A stretch of DNA of 64,000 bases from Leidyana gryllorum EB-2025a (GCA_048772705.1 JBLWGC010000002.1:1-64000); one strand, 5' to 3'. Counted from the first letter of the stretch, positions 16,355 to 29,200 are shown. Numbers and translations: made by a program. Notes: generated by a model from the letters alone, not told the origin.

Positions 16355-18373
16355 TCAGTCTTCGGTGGTGATTTTCAGTCTCAATCGTTTCGTCTCGGGA
16401 TGAATGTAAAGCTCCGCGTTCGCATTTCGCTCGAATTTGACCAATCCCACCAGCCTCTCCCTCTCGTCAACCTCTCCCCACCTCTCACTCCATAAAGAGG
16501 TGGACTTAACCTCAACACCACCAGAAGAGGGGCTCGTCGTGTCTCTCTTTTCAGCAGCAGCAGCCGCCGGTGACGGGTTCGATCTCAATTGAATCCCGAA
16601 AGAGCCGTACACCCATCCCAAGTGGTGCAGAAGTGGGTACACTTTGGCGAAGAGGGACAGATCGGGTCCTTCGTCAAAGGGTGCGGTCGGGAAATCTCTC
16701 TCTTTGTATTCTGCATTCTGCTCGACGAAAATGTGTCGAGCAATCCGCTGCGGGTATTTGCGCCATTCCTTCTCGAGCGCCTTCTTCACTATGGGCGAAG
16801 GCGTGATGACCGACACCGCCGGAGACGGCTCCTCCACAACACTACGGAGGGAACAACAGGTCACCTCCTCCAGTTGCCTCGTCGTCTCAGTGGGCTGTGG
16901 CTCGGCCGAAGCACTCAGCAAAGTCTCCTCGTCAGAGTCTGCCGGCTGAGGGGGCTGTGTAACAACAGCCTCCTGAGATGGAAGCAGTTCCACCCCATAA
17001 AGCTCGGGGGCGTGGTGCAAGAGGGGTGAAAAGACCAGAATCTCCCAACGTTTCCGGGCTCCCGGCTCCGCTTTGTGCACTTTCACCTCACGAGAGTGAC
17101 AGATACACTTCTGAATGCGTCTGAGGACCATCAGGGAGGTCTGGCCGCCGTTCAATTGACACTTCCTCGTCTCAGCCAAAACTCCCTGGTGGCATACAGC
17201 ACGCCCGTCAAGCAATGACTTCCGCCAGCTCTCCGCCACACCCGCACCCCTCGTTTGGCTCAAATGATCAATGATAAATTGGAAACTGGGCAGACTTTCG
17301 GTCTGCCGATCGGTCACCCTATAACAGGAGCCGAAAACACTCGGGGTCAGCCATTCCATAAAGGAGGGTGAGGGATTCTGCTCCACCAGAATATGTCGGA
17401 ACCTTTGCTCATCGAGCGTCTCACAGCTCGACAGCCAGATGCGTCGTTTCTCCAGAGTGTCAAAATCGCATAGCTCAGCCACAGAATTTGTTTTCCCTAC
17501 CGCGCCTTGTTGTTGAGGAGCTTGGAACAGTTCAAAGCCGATGTTCCCTGAAGTCACATCCAGAACAAACTTGACGGCCCACATATCCTCGAAAAGCACA
17601 ATAAGGGCGCCGTTGCATCGTGCAATCGACTTGACATCACCCAGACTCCTCGTTAACACTCTGATGAATGGACGCATACCCATCAATATTTCCGAAGCGG
17701 ATCGACACTCCAAATCGTCGGGTGTCAGCAGCCCGTCGCTTTCATCGTACATTTCTGAACCAACAGCAATCATATGAACCTTCATATCACCCAGATTAAT
17801 CTGAGCGTCCCATCGGAATGCCGCGCATTCGCTCGGACTTTCCCGGTCAATGTAATACACGATACCGGAACCACCTTCTTCTTGTCCATTCACAGAATCG
17901 GGCAACCAAACAACAGCCTGTTGCATACCGTTAGTGACAGAGTGATGCACTCTTATCTGCTCCGAACACGCCCGCTTCGCCCCTTCTTGATCAAATCTTT
18001 GACGTATGTACCTCTTGTATTCCGCCCTTAAAGGGGTCCTCGCCACCATCTGTGCTAATTCGGCCAAACTCATCTGCCCACTCCGCAAAGGCTTCGCTTT
18101 GTGGAGTACACCGCGAAGATTGTCGCTAATTTCATCAACAAGATTCACCGGAAGTGGAGCAGTGGTTCGACTCGCAATCTTCTTCCGGATTTTAGACGCC
18201 TGAGGAGGAACAGGTTCACTCGCGGTAGGTTCAACTTGTCGATAAGCCCATGTGGGGTTTGAAAAGGCGGAACCGGATTGCACCAAGACAGCAACCAATT
18301 TGATTCCCAAGCTGTTACGGCGCTCCAGCCTACGACCCCGCGCCGTGTGCCTATCCGCCACACACACAGTCAT
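16355..18373 (-). CDS. unknown putative secreted protein, tandem family member 4 (likely start MTVCVAD)
   Basis: Long ORF; LVAVLVQS segment, PFIRVLTRSLGDVKS, WEILVFS, PDLSLFAKVYP. Confidence 0.8.
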   Translation of the reverse strand: MTVCVADRHTARGRRLERRNSLGIKLVAVLVQSGSAFSNPTWAYRQVEPTASEPVPPQASKIRKKIASRTTAPLPVNLVDEISDNLRGVLHKAKPLRSGQMSLAELAQMVARTPLRAEYKRYIRQRFDQEGAKRACSEQIRVHHSVTNGMQQAVVWLPDSVNGQEEGGSGIVYYIDRESPSECAAFRWDAQINLGDMKVHMIAVGSEMYDESDGLLTPDDLECRSASEILMGMRPFIRVLTRSLGDVKSIARCNGALIVLFEDMWAVKFVLDVTSGNIGFELFQAPQQQGAVGKTNSVAELCDFDTLEKRRIWLSSCETLDEQRFRHILVEQNPSPSFMEWLTPSVFGSCYRVTDRQTESLPSFQFIIDHLSQTRGAGVAESWRKSLLDGRAVCHQGVLAETRKCQLNGGQTSLMVLRRIQKCICHSREVKVHKAEPGARKRWEILVFSPLLHHAPELYGVELLPSQEAVVTQPPQPADSDEETLLSASAEPQPTETTRQLEEVTCCSLRSVVEEPSPAVSVITPSPIVKKALEKEWRKYPQRIARHIFVEQNAEYKERDFPTAPFDEGPDLSLFAKVYPLLHHLGWVYGSFGIQLRSNPSPAAAAAEKRDTTSPSSGGVEVKSTSLWSERWGEVDERERLVGLVKFERNANAELYIHPETKRLRLKITTED

Positions 18374-18903
18374 TTGCACACCACAAAAAAATAATAGGGA
18401 CCCTTGTCGCCCTAAAAGGCCTCTTGACTTGATGGGATTATTTGAACAGTGCAAAATCTAAGCTTTAGGTGGTGTCTCTCTCAAATTGTTATCCAAGAGT
18501 GCTTATCATCCCCACACGGGCAGTTGCCGGGTTTGACACCCGAGGGTCGCGGCTTAGGAAGGAAGGGGCCACGGTTTAGGAAGGGGCCGCAGCTTAGGAC
18601 GGGTAGCCCGCCTCGCGGAAATAAGGATTGCGCTGAAAGGCTTCGACTGGTGGCCACCATTGCAACAGTCTTAGTACAAATTAAGGGGGAACGGACCGGT
18701 CTGGGGGGGTATTTGCCTCTGCCGGCACCGGCAGCACCAGGAATTAGAACCGTTGTTAGACGGGGTGCGCCAAAGCTGTGTTCCAAATGAGTGGATTCGT
18801 AAACAATAACCGCTTTGCGGCGGCCAGTGATACTGGCCGGTGACCGTTAGGACCATTGTGGTCGTTAGATGACGGCTGCGAGGCTGTTGGTTACAAACAA
18901 CGG

Positions 18904-19530
18904 ATGTCAGCACAAGATACAACGATGTCTCCTGATGCGGGAGCGAGATTGGAGCCGTTTGGAGGTGAGAGCGCATTTACAGACTGCGATTGAGACACCG
19001 TCTTATGAGAAGGGCTTTTGAATGGCGATCAATATGTGGAGGTTGAGACTGACGAAGGCTTGAGGGAGGCAACAAAGCGTTTCAGAAGGGCAGCAGTGAT
19101 TGGCGTTGTACTCCTATTAGTACATCTTGCCCACGTGTGTTTCAACAGATCGATGAGTTTTGCTGTCCCTATTTTGCTGACAATTGGCGCCTGCGTACCA
19201 TCAGGGCTTGGAGTGTTACGTTTCAACTCAAGATGTGGCCTTACTGTGGTCATAGTGTCGTCCTTGGGGTTCTTAGGATGGTTGGGAAACTGCTTTATAC
19301 GCAGAGTGGGCAGCATTGTTCATGACTGCACGACGGCTCAGCACACCAAACCTCCATCGTGGGTGATGTTGAGTACTTTGACTCTCGCCCTCAATGTAAT
19401 GATTTGGGGGTATGTGTGCTACGCAGCCATATCTTTACGATGTGCCCTGATCGGGGTGCACACTCGGCGTGTGTTGGAATTCCAGCGGCGGTTTGTGGCC
19501 GACAAGTTGATGAGGGACAGCATAGTCTGA
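18904..19530 (+). CDS. multi-pass (~4 TM) membrane protein, 2 exons
   Basis: Four hydrophobic segments; a GT-AG intron at 18965-19012 joins the upstream ATG exon in frame. Confidence 0.65.
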
Positions 19531-19603
19531 GGCACTGGCAGAAGTGCGCGCGTGTGTGCCTCTGCGCAGATACAAAGACCTCTTCCTGTGAGTGTTAGGC
19601 ACC

Positions 19604-20266
19604 ATGTGGAACCCGTCTGGCGCGAGTGACGAGGAAGCGGGTTCAATAGCGAGTACTTCTGCCTCTGCGAGTTCAGTGATATTGAAAAGAGATCAGCGGA
19701 GAGCAGTTATTGGAGCGGATCATCATGAGTGTCGACTCCGGTATAAGATGGCCACCGTGTATACGACTTTTACATTACCGATTATTCTATTTCTCGTATT
19801 GACAACCACATTTGCCCCTTACTTTGCAATCGTTTCGCTTGCCGCTGCGTTGTGGTCTTTGATTCCAGCATCATTAATCCTCTGGTGGAACGGAGAGAAA
19901 GTATCGCTGGCCTTGTGGCTGTTTGCCGCCTCGATATGTTGTCTGTCCCTCCAGGCTCACGCCGTATATGGAGTGTACCGAATGATGACGCACGACGGTC
20001 TGACCATAACACCCGACTTGTTGACTGCCGTCATAATCAGTCTGGTGTGGCTCTCAGGAGGTCACTCCTGCTTTGCGTTGTATGATTCTTGTTCAGCGCT
20101 GCAGGGAGAGCGGGTGCGTGATATGCAGTGGAAGTTGCGCGTAGCACCGCAGCCAATACCGCCCCCTCCACCATTCTTCTCTGCACACTGGGTACGACAT
20201 GATCACCCAACATGGAAACCCGAGTATCCCAAGGTCCCCCTCAGCCCGATCAGTGAGGAGGTGTGA
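19604..20266 (+). CDS. multi-pass (~4 TM) membrane protein
   Basis: Four hydrophobic segments and a Pro-rich tail; similar topology to the upstream gene. Confidence 0.7.
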   Translation: MWNPSGASDEEAGSIASTSASASSVILKRDQRRAVIGADHHECRLRYKMATVYTTFTLPIILFLVLTTTFAPYFAIVSLAAALWSLIPASLILWWNGEKVSLALWLFAASICCLSLQAHAVYGVYRMMTHDGLTITPDLLTAVIISLVWLSGGHSCFALYDSCSALQGERVRDMQWKLRVAPQPIPPPPPFFSAHWVRHDHPTWKPEYPKVPLSPISEEV

Positions 20267-20540
20267 CCATCGAAGATTGTCCTCACCACATTCACTGAAC
20301 GACCGACAGCCGAATATACACATACGGGTGAAGAAGCTCTGCTCTGTACCGCCGCCCATCATCCAGAGAGAAACAGTTCATATAGAGTCACACTTTTGGT
20401 ACAATACTATATTTGCGATCAGTTAGTGATGAACACAACGACTTATCACTCCCACACGGGAAGATTGAGCGATCGCGTATCAATCAGATCATTATGAAAA
20501 ACAGACTTGGGATCAGATTCTACTCGAACACAGCCGCCTT

Positions 20541-21614
20541 CTAATACACATATCCGGCCTGGTAGAGGCTACCGGTGGACTGTACACCACCCTTGTATTT
20601 GCCGAGTTGTGCCTCAGAGTTGGCCTTGGCACGGGCGGTCAAAGCCTCTTGACCAGCAGCAAAGTTCTCGGATTTGCCCTTCCAGGTGGCGAGCACAGAG
20701 GCTTGGAGAGCGCGGCCGTATGAGAAAGTCAGAGCCCACGGATGCTCCTGGGGCATAGCGTTCATAGCGTTCAAATTCAAAGAAGCGTCTTCCTCGCTCT
20801 GGCCTCCAGACAAAAAGGTGACTCCCACCAAAGCAGGCGGCACAGTGCGACGGAGAGTTCGCACAGTGTAGAAGGCAACTTCCTCCGGGGTCGCCTTCTT
20901 GGCATGAGTCGCGCCCTGAGTCACCATGTTGGGCTTCAGCAGAGCGCCCTCGAGCAAGACGTGATGCTCATTCAAGGCGTTGAAGACAGCGGTGAGCACT
21001 TTCTCCGTCACGTGGGCGCAGTGCTCGATGCTGTGGCCGCCATCAGTCAGAATCTCGGGCTCCACGATCGGAACCAAACGGTTCTGCTGGCAGATGGCAG
21101 CATAACGAGCCAAAGAATGGGCAGTCTCCTGGATAGACAGAGCAGACGGCTTGTTCTTAGCCTCATCAATCTCGAGCACGGCACGCCACTTTGCGAATCG
21201 AGCACCCGCCTCGTAGTACTTCTGGCATCTCTCAGCCAAACCGTCCAAGCCTTGGGTGGACTTCTCGTTGTCAGTGCCCGGGAGAGCAACAAGTCCCTTG
21301 TCGACCTTGATGCCAGGGATGACACCGGCTTCCTTCAGGTAGTCCACTTGCTTCTTGCCATCGACCTCCTGATACAAAGTCTCTTCGAACAGAATGGCAC
21401 CAGAGATGTACTTGCCAATGTCCTTGGTGGTGAAGAGCAGCTTGCGATAGGCGGCACGGTTTGCTTCAGTGTTCTCGACGTTGATGCTGTCAAAACGCTT
21501 CTTGATGGTACCAGTGGACTCATCAGCAGCCAGAATTCCCTTTCCACGAGTCGCGATCGCGCGAGCGGTTTCAGAGAGCTCCTTGGCAATTTCTTGAGAG
21601 AAAGCAGCTGGCAT
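20541..21614 (-). CDS. class I fructose-1,6-bisphosphate aldolase
   Basis: [20 protein letters not shown], Schiff-base [14 protein letters not shown] and C-terminal YVY. Confidence 0.98.
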   Translation of the reverse strand: MPAAFSQEIAKELSETARAIATRGKGILAADESTGTIKKRFDSINVENTEANRAAYRKLLFTTKDIGKYISGAILFEETLYQEVDGKKQVDYLKEAGVIPGIKVDKGLVALPGTDNEKSTQGLDGLAERCQKYYEAGARFAKWRAVLEIDEAKNKPSALSIQETAHSLARYAAICQQNRLVPIVEPEILTDGGHSIEHCAHVTEKVLTAVFNALNEHHVLLEGALLKPNMVTQGATHAKKATPEEVAFYTVRTLRRTVPPALVGVTFLSGGQSEEDASLNLNAMNAMPQEHPWALTFSYGRALQASVLATWKGKSENFAAGQEALTARAKANSEAQLGKYKGGVQSTGSLYQAGYVY

Positions 21615-21898
21615 CTTGTTGTTCAAGCAAGCAAGTAGAAGAAGAAGAAAGCAGAGGAAGAAGACTGCGACTGTGATTTAAACTCAATCACTGCTTAGCA
21701 ATCGTCGCACACAACGCTAATTGCACCCCAGTCCCAAGCCGTGTCACCCTTTTTCCCCATCCTCAACCCCAACCCCAACCCGTGTCTCCCTACAGGCACA
21801 CACACACACAGTGTGTCCGTGTTGTTATTTGTCACACACAGCATTGACGAAGGATCTTAGTGTTCCGACCCCTCACTTACTGTTAGTTTTTCTTTGAA

Positions 21899-23089
21899 AT
21901 GTCGTTGGAATCGCTGCAAGTGAGGGATTTGGTCCTAAACAACCATTTTGTCGTGCCTCCCCTACTGACAAATCTGGCGGAACCGGGGAGCAATGAGATA
22001 AACGATCGCCATATAGTGCACTATGGTGTTTTGGCACAAGGGGGCTATGGTCTCGTTATGGTCGAAGGGATTTCGGTGGAGTACCGTGGCCGTAAGACGA
22101 CTACGGACGTCGGGATTTGGGACGATCGCTTTGTTCCGGGATTGCGAAGGCTCGTCAATCACGTGCACAGCTATCAACAAAGCAAAGTGGGAATATTGCT
22201 CGCCCATGCTGGCCGAACTGGCCCAATTGTGGCACCCACTCAGCGGCACCTCGGACCCTGTGACCCTCTCGGATCCCAGTCAATCTCCAGCTCCGCTGTA
22301 CCCTTCGGTCCGGGTTACGAAGAGCCACAAGCCCTCGAGCAGGAGGAGATAGAAGGTATATTACGAGCCTACGAGGCCGCTGCCGAGAGAGCAGTGGCCG
22401 CCGGGTTTGATCTGATCGAGATCGAAATGTGTGATGGCGGACTTTTGCATAGCTTCTTGTCCCCATTGTTGAACAATCGCGGGGATGACTACGGCGGATC
22501 GCTACAGAACTGTATCAAGTTCCCTGTTGCGGTCGCAGAAAGAGTTCGCCGTGCCATCCCCCCCGCGATGCCACTGTCTGTGAGACTCGCTTGCAGCGAT
22601 TGGAACCCCAAAGGCCTTTCGCTGGACGACGCTACTGATATTGCCGAGGCTTTGCGCGAAGCGGGAGTAGACATTATCACGTGCACCGCGGGTGGCGCTC
22701 TGACCCCTAGCGACGCCCCCGAAAGCCGCTCACTCCTCCGTCCATTCGCTGCAGCCATCAAAGCACATACTCGACTATCCGTCGTCGCCTTGGGAGGCTG
22801 CGAAAGCCTCCAAGACGCGGACGCGCTCATCAAAATGGCGGAGGCTGATCTAATCGCGGTTGAGAGCCTCTTTGTTGTTAACAACCCCTATTGGCTTAGA
22901 TCTATGATCAGCAGCAGTCCTTCCTTCTCTTCACCCCCTCACGAGCTGGTCGTTCGGGGAATCGAGTTCACCCAATCCCCATCCCCACCCGAAGGTTGTA
23001 ATACATCTGATATCCCTGTTGCCTACATAGACAAGATTCGATCTTTCTGGTACTCACCGATGCGTATGTGTTGCAATCCTTCCGCTTGA
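21899..23089 (+). CDS. Old Yellow Enzyme (YqjM-like) flavin oxidoreductase homolog, active site degenerate
   Basis: GGYGLVMVE, GILLAHAGR, AAERAVAAGFDLIEI, FLSPLLNNRGDDYGGS. Confidence 0.9.
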   Translation: MSLESLQVRDLVLNNHFVVPPLLTNLAEPGSNEINDRHIVHYGVLAQGGYGLVMVEGISVEYRGRKTTTDVGIWDDRFVPGLRRLVNHVHSYQQSKVGILLAHAGRTGPIVAPTQRHLGPCDPLGSQSISSSAVPFGPGYEEPQALEQEEIEGILRAYEAAAERAVAAGFDLIEIEMCDGGLLHSFLSPLLNNRGDDYGGSLQNCIKFPVAVAERVRRAIPPAMPLSVRLACSDWNPKGLSLDDATDIAEALREAGVDIITCTAGGALTPSDAPESRSLLRPFAAAIKAHTRLSVVALGGCESLQDADALIKMAEADLIAVESLFVVNNPYWLRSMISSSPSFSSPPHELVVRGIEFTQSPSPPEGCNTSDIPVAYIDKIRSFWYSPMRMCCNPSA

Positions 23090-23252
23090 GTGAGTGGCAC
23101 TCTTTTTCGCAAACATTTTTTGTCGCCATCCAACAAGCCTAATCACCTCTTCCAATAACCAATTCAATACACACCGATTCCGACCATTTTCAACGCTCAC
23201 TCGCTCGCACCCGACTACCCGTACTCTGCCCCTCTGACACTGTTGCGGGGCG

Positions 23253-26200
23253 CTAAGCTTCCCGCCCGTCAAGTCGCTTCAATCCCTCCATATCGATCTC
23301 GTGGTACACCGACAACGGTCGGCGATCGTACCGTGACACAATTCTGGTTTGCCTCCTGAAGCCATAGTGATAGCGATGCCGCCGGTGGTGTTGACTCACA
23401 TTATCAGCATCCAAGGCAGGAAGCGAACGAATTCGACCATCCAATCAAGCGGCCTTTCATCGTTCCACGATTCGATAAGAGCGCTCGTGATCGGTGTCTC
23501 TTCATTCGTTCTTATCGGTTTGTCATTAGCGCTCTCTTGCGACCGCAATTTATCCGTTAATCCCATCAGCCTCATCGTGACATCACCTGTATTTGAAAGT
23601 GCACACACGTGTGCGGAACTCCATTTCTTGGAATCTTACCTCCGTATATCCAACAGTACCGATCGAACAGCACTGCAATGGGGGCTCTTTCCCACACACT
23701 CATCACGGTGTGCCCAAACTCCGCCATTCGCTCGACGCCAACGATCCGGACATCCTCCGGACGCGGCGATAGACAAATCTTCGCTTCATTAGGGCCCCGT
23801 ATAAAGTGTACCCGGTCCGGAAACATTGCTTTGAGGCTGAAGACTCCCAGCAATATCGGCAGGAGGGTTCTAACTGCCTGTTGGACCCCAGTTGGTCCCA
23901 ATATATTGCCGGAGAATATTACAGGTTCACTTCGCTCTATCCCACAATCCTCATCGTCCTGTGCCTGCCCGAGGATCTTGTTGAAGGCTTTGTGAGCCAA
24001 AGTTAAGTCTCCCTCCAAAGGTCCCACGAGATGGACTCTGTTGATTTCGTCTATGGCGAGTCGCCCAGGTTTCGCGGTTCCGGGCGCAAGTTGCACAATA
24101 ATCTCCTCACTTCTCAAATGTTTCTCGACCACTGCGGCCATTTCCCAGAAATCCTTGAAGGCTTGTCTGAGTTGCTCGTCACGGGTTGGAAGTGGGGGTC
24201 CTTTGGCAAAGTCTATGACATAAGTCAGATAGCATCGGGCGATTTCCTCTGCCCGAGCTGCAATGAGACCCTTCATTTGCATTCGCTGCTCTCGATCTCT
24301 CGCTGTTATAGTCTGCCGAGCCCCATCCAGGGGTGGTCGGGGCATCAACCCATCCGGCAGTAAGGGATTCTCGAGGGGGCTGAGAGAAACGCCTTCATTG
24401 GGTACTGGGGACATTGTGAGAGTTCGTGTGGAGGATACACAACTCGGTTTGGACTCGGGACTACGGGCGTCACCAAACTGAGCCTCTGATGGGCCCTCTG
24501 TTGTGACATCGTCATTCCGAGAGTGCGATTGGCTTACCGCTTCGCATAAGAGGCAGGTCCCGCCGTTGTTGAGGGGTGGCGTCGCTGTCTCCCCCGGTAG
24601 GCGGGGAGTGAGAGTCATTGAGCACCGGAGGAGACGAGTACGGCGGCGGCGGAGACCCTCTCGCGTTGTACGTCGGAGACCCCACTGTGGCAACGGCACT
24701 GCAGGCGACCGACTCTCCACTCGTTTCTCGTAACTCGACATCCGGCAAACTCATAACCGCCTCCGATTGTAAGTTGGACGCGCCCTCGGAAGAGACTTGT
24801 TGGCTCTCCACGGCAGAGGAGCCCTGTGCGACATATTGCGGCAATCGAGCGTCGAGTGGTCGACTGTCCGAGCCCGAGCCCGAGGAGACCTCGCCAAGGC
24901 CAGAGGAGACAACGGCAGCCCTGGGAGGTGGGGAAGAAGCATTTGCCCCACTGGTCTCCAGAAGAGGGCAGTCGAGAGATTGGGCGGCACAGTTTTGGTG
25001 TCTGATGTATTGTCTTATTCTGTGTCCGTGGATGGGCGAGTCGGGTGACAGACGCGGATGCGTCCGGGCAGCGTTGGAAGGAGGGGATGGGGCGGAGATG
25101 GGATTCGGCTGCGGTGCAGTGTCCCCTGTCCCGCTGGTCGGCTGAACAGGTCGAGGCTGCGGAGGCGGGCCCCAATGTCGAGACGCAGGGGGACGGCCAC
25201 GGGGGGCTTGAGGCGGTGTGGGAGGTTCACTGGTGTTGGTTATGGGGTCCGTGCGCACACACGGCTCAGTAATCACGGGTTCATTGTTGGAGCTGGAATT
25301 CTCTCTGTGCAAAGATACGGGTTCGTCAGAGCTCATTGGTTCGTCTTGAGAAGGAGAGGGGGAGGATTGGGGAAGTTGTGAGTTGGAGGAAGACTCTTGT
25401 GTGGGAGTTCCATAGGGAGGGCCCTCTGAGGTGGTGGCCTGCTGCAGGCCGAATCGAGGGGGTTCTGCCCTCGCCAAGGCGCTTTCTACTGCTAGTTTGA
25501 TAAAGTGGCCGGCGGACTTTGCGATTCCGGTCCCCATTGTCCAGGCGGCGCGCTTAATGTCAACTTTGGACATGCTATAGGAATGACGCTTGGGCCATCT
25601 GAGCTTGGAGATGTCGATCAGTATGCCTTGAGTGAAGGCGTCGTAAAACTCGTCATAGGTGATACGGACGACTGGTCGTTTCCCAAAATCATCAATATAC
25701 CTCAGCTGCTTTGCGACAGCGTCCTTGGCAGCGTTCACAGTTGGATCCAGACACGGAAAGATGCCTGCATTACAGCTCTGATTGTTCGCGGCAGACGCCG
25801 GCAAGTTCAGGCGTGACGGGTTCGCCGATAGTTCGGTCGTCACATCAGTCCTTAACCGCCGCCAGTCAAATTCACGCAGATAACCAGCACCCGTGGAGTC
25901 ATAATAAGAGAATAGCAACTGCCGCCGGGCGCAATTGAACGCAGAGGTCTCTCCGCGGAGCGTTCTTTGATAGTCTCCCTCGCAAAAACACGCAAAAGCA
26001 CCCACAATGAACTCCCGCATCAGTATGTGGCCGTCAGCATCGCGATCCAATAACGGAAACAGAACACTCGAGCACTCCAGGGCACACTCGGTGATCTCTT
26101 CGCACCATGCCTTATAACTGGTTCTATTCATCAGCTTACGATTAGAAGAAACTGACGCTCTTGCCTCAAAGTACGAACGCAGAATATCGAATTGTTCTGT

Positions 26201-26293
26201 CCAATGTTCTTCAGCCACCATTGAATTCATCAAGTCTTCCCAGGAACGCCATTTGGTCCATCCCAATGCAGCTTGTGGCACGTTAGATATCAT
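23253..26293 (-). CDS. EF-hand plus PPP-family pseudophosphatase (PPP8/EFPP-like), multi-exon
   Basis: EF hands DRDADGHILMREF and DSTGAGYLREFD; PPP-like GPLEGD, IFSGNIL, LKAMFPDRVHFIRGPNE. Confidence 0.7.
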
Positions 26294-26299
26294 TGTTCT

Positions 26300-29200
26300 T
26301 GGTCAATGTCAATGTATCAAGACTGATTTTTCAGCTGTTGCCCCTCTGCTGTTGTGACAAACTTGTCTCCCACAGGCGTCTCCTATCCCCATTATCCGTG
26401 CCCTTCCCACACTCTGCTGCCTGCGCTCGACGAAGTAACATGTCCAGCAGTCTACCAACACTCTTTGACTCCTTAGCTGTCTGCGCAACCCGCTGCAAAA
26501 CCTTCTCCATCATCCCCTTCTCAGCTTCCAACGATCGCACGTTGTCGGCGTGCTGAGATAACACAACCAGAAACTCCATCACATTGTTAATAAAGTGTGT
26601 GCTGCTCGTTTGATCCAAGTACGCGAGACACGCTTTTATACAGTGCTTCCCCAACCGCAGTAGATTCCGCGTATCAGCGTTCCCAATCACTTTCAGACAC
26701 TGCATAACCTGGAAACCACATTATAAACTTGAACTTGACTATTCGGACTCACTGGATTGATCTCCTTCAAGTTTGCGTCAAAGTCCACCTCAATAAACAT
26801 CCATAACAGAAAGTCCAGAACGGGCTGGCGAGTGATCATGGCCTCGATCACAGCACGTTCCTGTGCTAATTGCGCCAAGACACCCGTCAACTCACACGTT
26901 CGGCTGCGCGTGTGGGGCTCATTGGAATTGAACGTTTCCGCTATGGCATCAACTATAGAGCTCGGCACTCCCGCTGTCACCAACCGCAGCCTGGTACCCT
27001 CCTCGGTGGACAATTTTGAGCAGAATCGCACTGTGGACTCGGCCAAGACCGGATCCAGCTACGACACACAGAGTCACACATAGGTGCGAAGACCAATTGG
27101 AAAAAGCTCACCCGTGCTCTATTGGCCAAGAGGCGGTTGAGGATTTCCGGTACTTCTGTATTGACAATCTCCTGTTTGATGACATGTCTGCCTGAGCACA
27201 GTTCCAAAAGCATCGCCAAGGCGGCCTTGAATGGCAACGTGTTGAACATCTCAACATCGTTTCCCAAATAATTGAGGACCCCCAGACCGACTGACAGGGC
27301 CAGAGTTTCTCGGTGAAGCTGCAAGCGCGGCATTAACATTTTGGTCGATTGGGCTCATATTCACTAACTTTGAGATCGTCCTGTTCTTCCTGATCGACGC
27401 CAGCGATGACACGACGGCCTCCAGCACCTCCTAAGCGACGATCTCTCTCCCTGGCCTCTCTCATCTGTTTGTAGATGACACCAACAGCTTCCCCCTGGAT
27501 TTCGGGTGAGGTGGCAGGGCACAAGGCTATGGCTGCCATCACTAAGGAGTAGCGATCTGTGATCTCTGTCGGAGTCTTTCGGGGTTCGAGAAGGCGGTAC
27601 TCCTCCGGCATTGGCTTGGGTGGAGCATTGGCGGCATTCTGTTGCGCGGTTTGAACCGCGTCTGAACGCAATATGAGTTCCAAATAGCCATGACGCAGCG
27701 CTTCGCAGAGGAAGGCATCGTTGTAGGTCCAGTCCGGTGATTCAGCGCTGATTTTGGTCGCCACCCGATACTTCTCTAACATATCTTTCAGCTCAGCCGG
27801 GGTCGACTGCCAGTTTCCGTCACAAAGCATTACCCGCGCGATCACATCTGTTCCTTTAGCGTTCTGATCGAATGGTAGGCCAAAGTCACGAGACCGGAAG
27901 TGAATACAAAAGACAATGAGAGTGTGGAGTGCCTAAAGAGAGAGAGCAGTTGTCTGAACAAAGTGGGAGTCCCGAACAGCTTACATCCACAGTGGCCTCA
28001 TCAGTGATCTTATGGATCCCTCGAAGTACCATTTTGAGCCCAAATCGTCGAGCGCTGAGTCCTCCGTTCAACAGGAAGGCCAATAGTTCCGCGACTCGAG
28101 CTTGGAATGCATTGATCGATTTGGTATCTTCAGCACTCGGCTTCAGGATATCGATGCCATTCATTATATCCGCCGGATCGAAAGCCATTTCGAGTGCATA
28201 GTTCAAACGATCTGCGCCCTCACTCCTCTCCAATCGCGCCAATGAGTCCGGACTGAACTTGTAGTTTGACAATTGGTCCATTAGATCTGCGCGCTGCTAT
28301 AAACGGCGGCATCGAGAGCTGCTCACCTGGATCCATTCCACCGATTGCCGGCTGGAGAACATCGCAGATGAGGATCTTCATATACAGTAACAGGCCGGCG
28401 AAGACTTTGGGATGCTTGAAGCCCTGAGATGTGAGCCACATCACCTCCCAGTGTGGGATTCTGCATAATAACCAAATCGTTGTCGCGGCTGAAAGAGAGG
28501 GCGCACACTCACAGCAAAGCGTCGAGTCTGTCTGTAGCCACCTGTTTGTAGAAGTGAGAGTACGAGTCTGTGGAAGCGATGCTGTCTGCCATGGCTGAGC
28601 ACTCGTCGACTGATTGCAGATAGGGTTCCTCAGTGTCCAGTGGGGTTTTAAGAGTGACTCGGAAGTCCTGATACTCCGCTCTGAGGGGCGGAAGGACTGA
28701 GACGAGAAGTGTGAGATGCGGCGATAGCGTCACCTACGTGAACGTCGAAGAAAGATGGTAAAGAGCCAATACGAATCGTCGCTTGCGAATAGAATCCATC
28801 CCTCCCAGTGACAGTCATCTGCGGCTCGATTCATCCGTTTGACGAACCTCTGTTCTCTCAATCGACTGAATCCGGGGGACGTCGCCTAAGGGTAACAGAG
28901 TGAGGACAGTCGAGCGAGCAGTGAGTGACTTACACTCTCTCCGAACCGGTAGAGATTGATCCAATGCCCAAAGGTGTTCTCGGGGTCACTTTTGGTATCG
29001 GATAAGTGGCCACGGCCCGAGACTTGCCACTCTACGGTGAAGTTTCTCTCTGGATCGTGAAGAACAGCAGTGTCGCTCCCACTGGACGACCCGGAAACTT
29101 GGACTGCCACCAGATGGATTTGGAGCTGAGATTGCCACTCACCGACATAGCTGTTGCGATAGAACATCCCGTAGCCTCTGAATCTGAGCTCTCGCCAGCT

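Noticed and set aside
18449-18976. Short ORFs and TTAGGAAGG repeats as a telomeric seed or a fifth family member
   Set aside because: The repeats are few and imperfect, and no family motif could be confirmed
20742-21638. 298-aa plus-strand ORF
   Set aside because: Antisense shadow of the codon-biased aldolase
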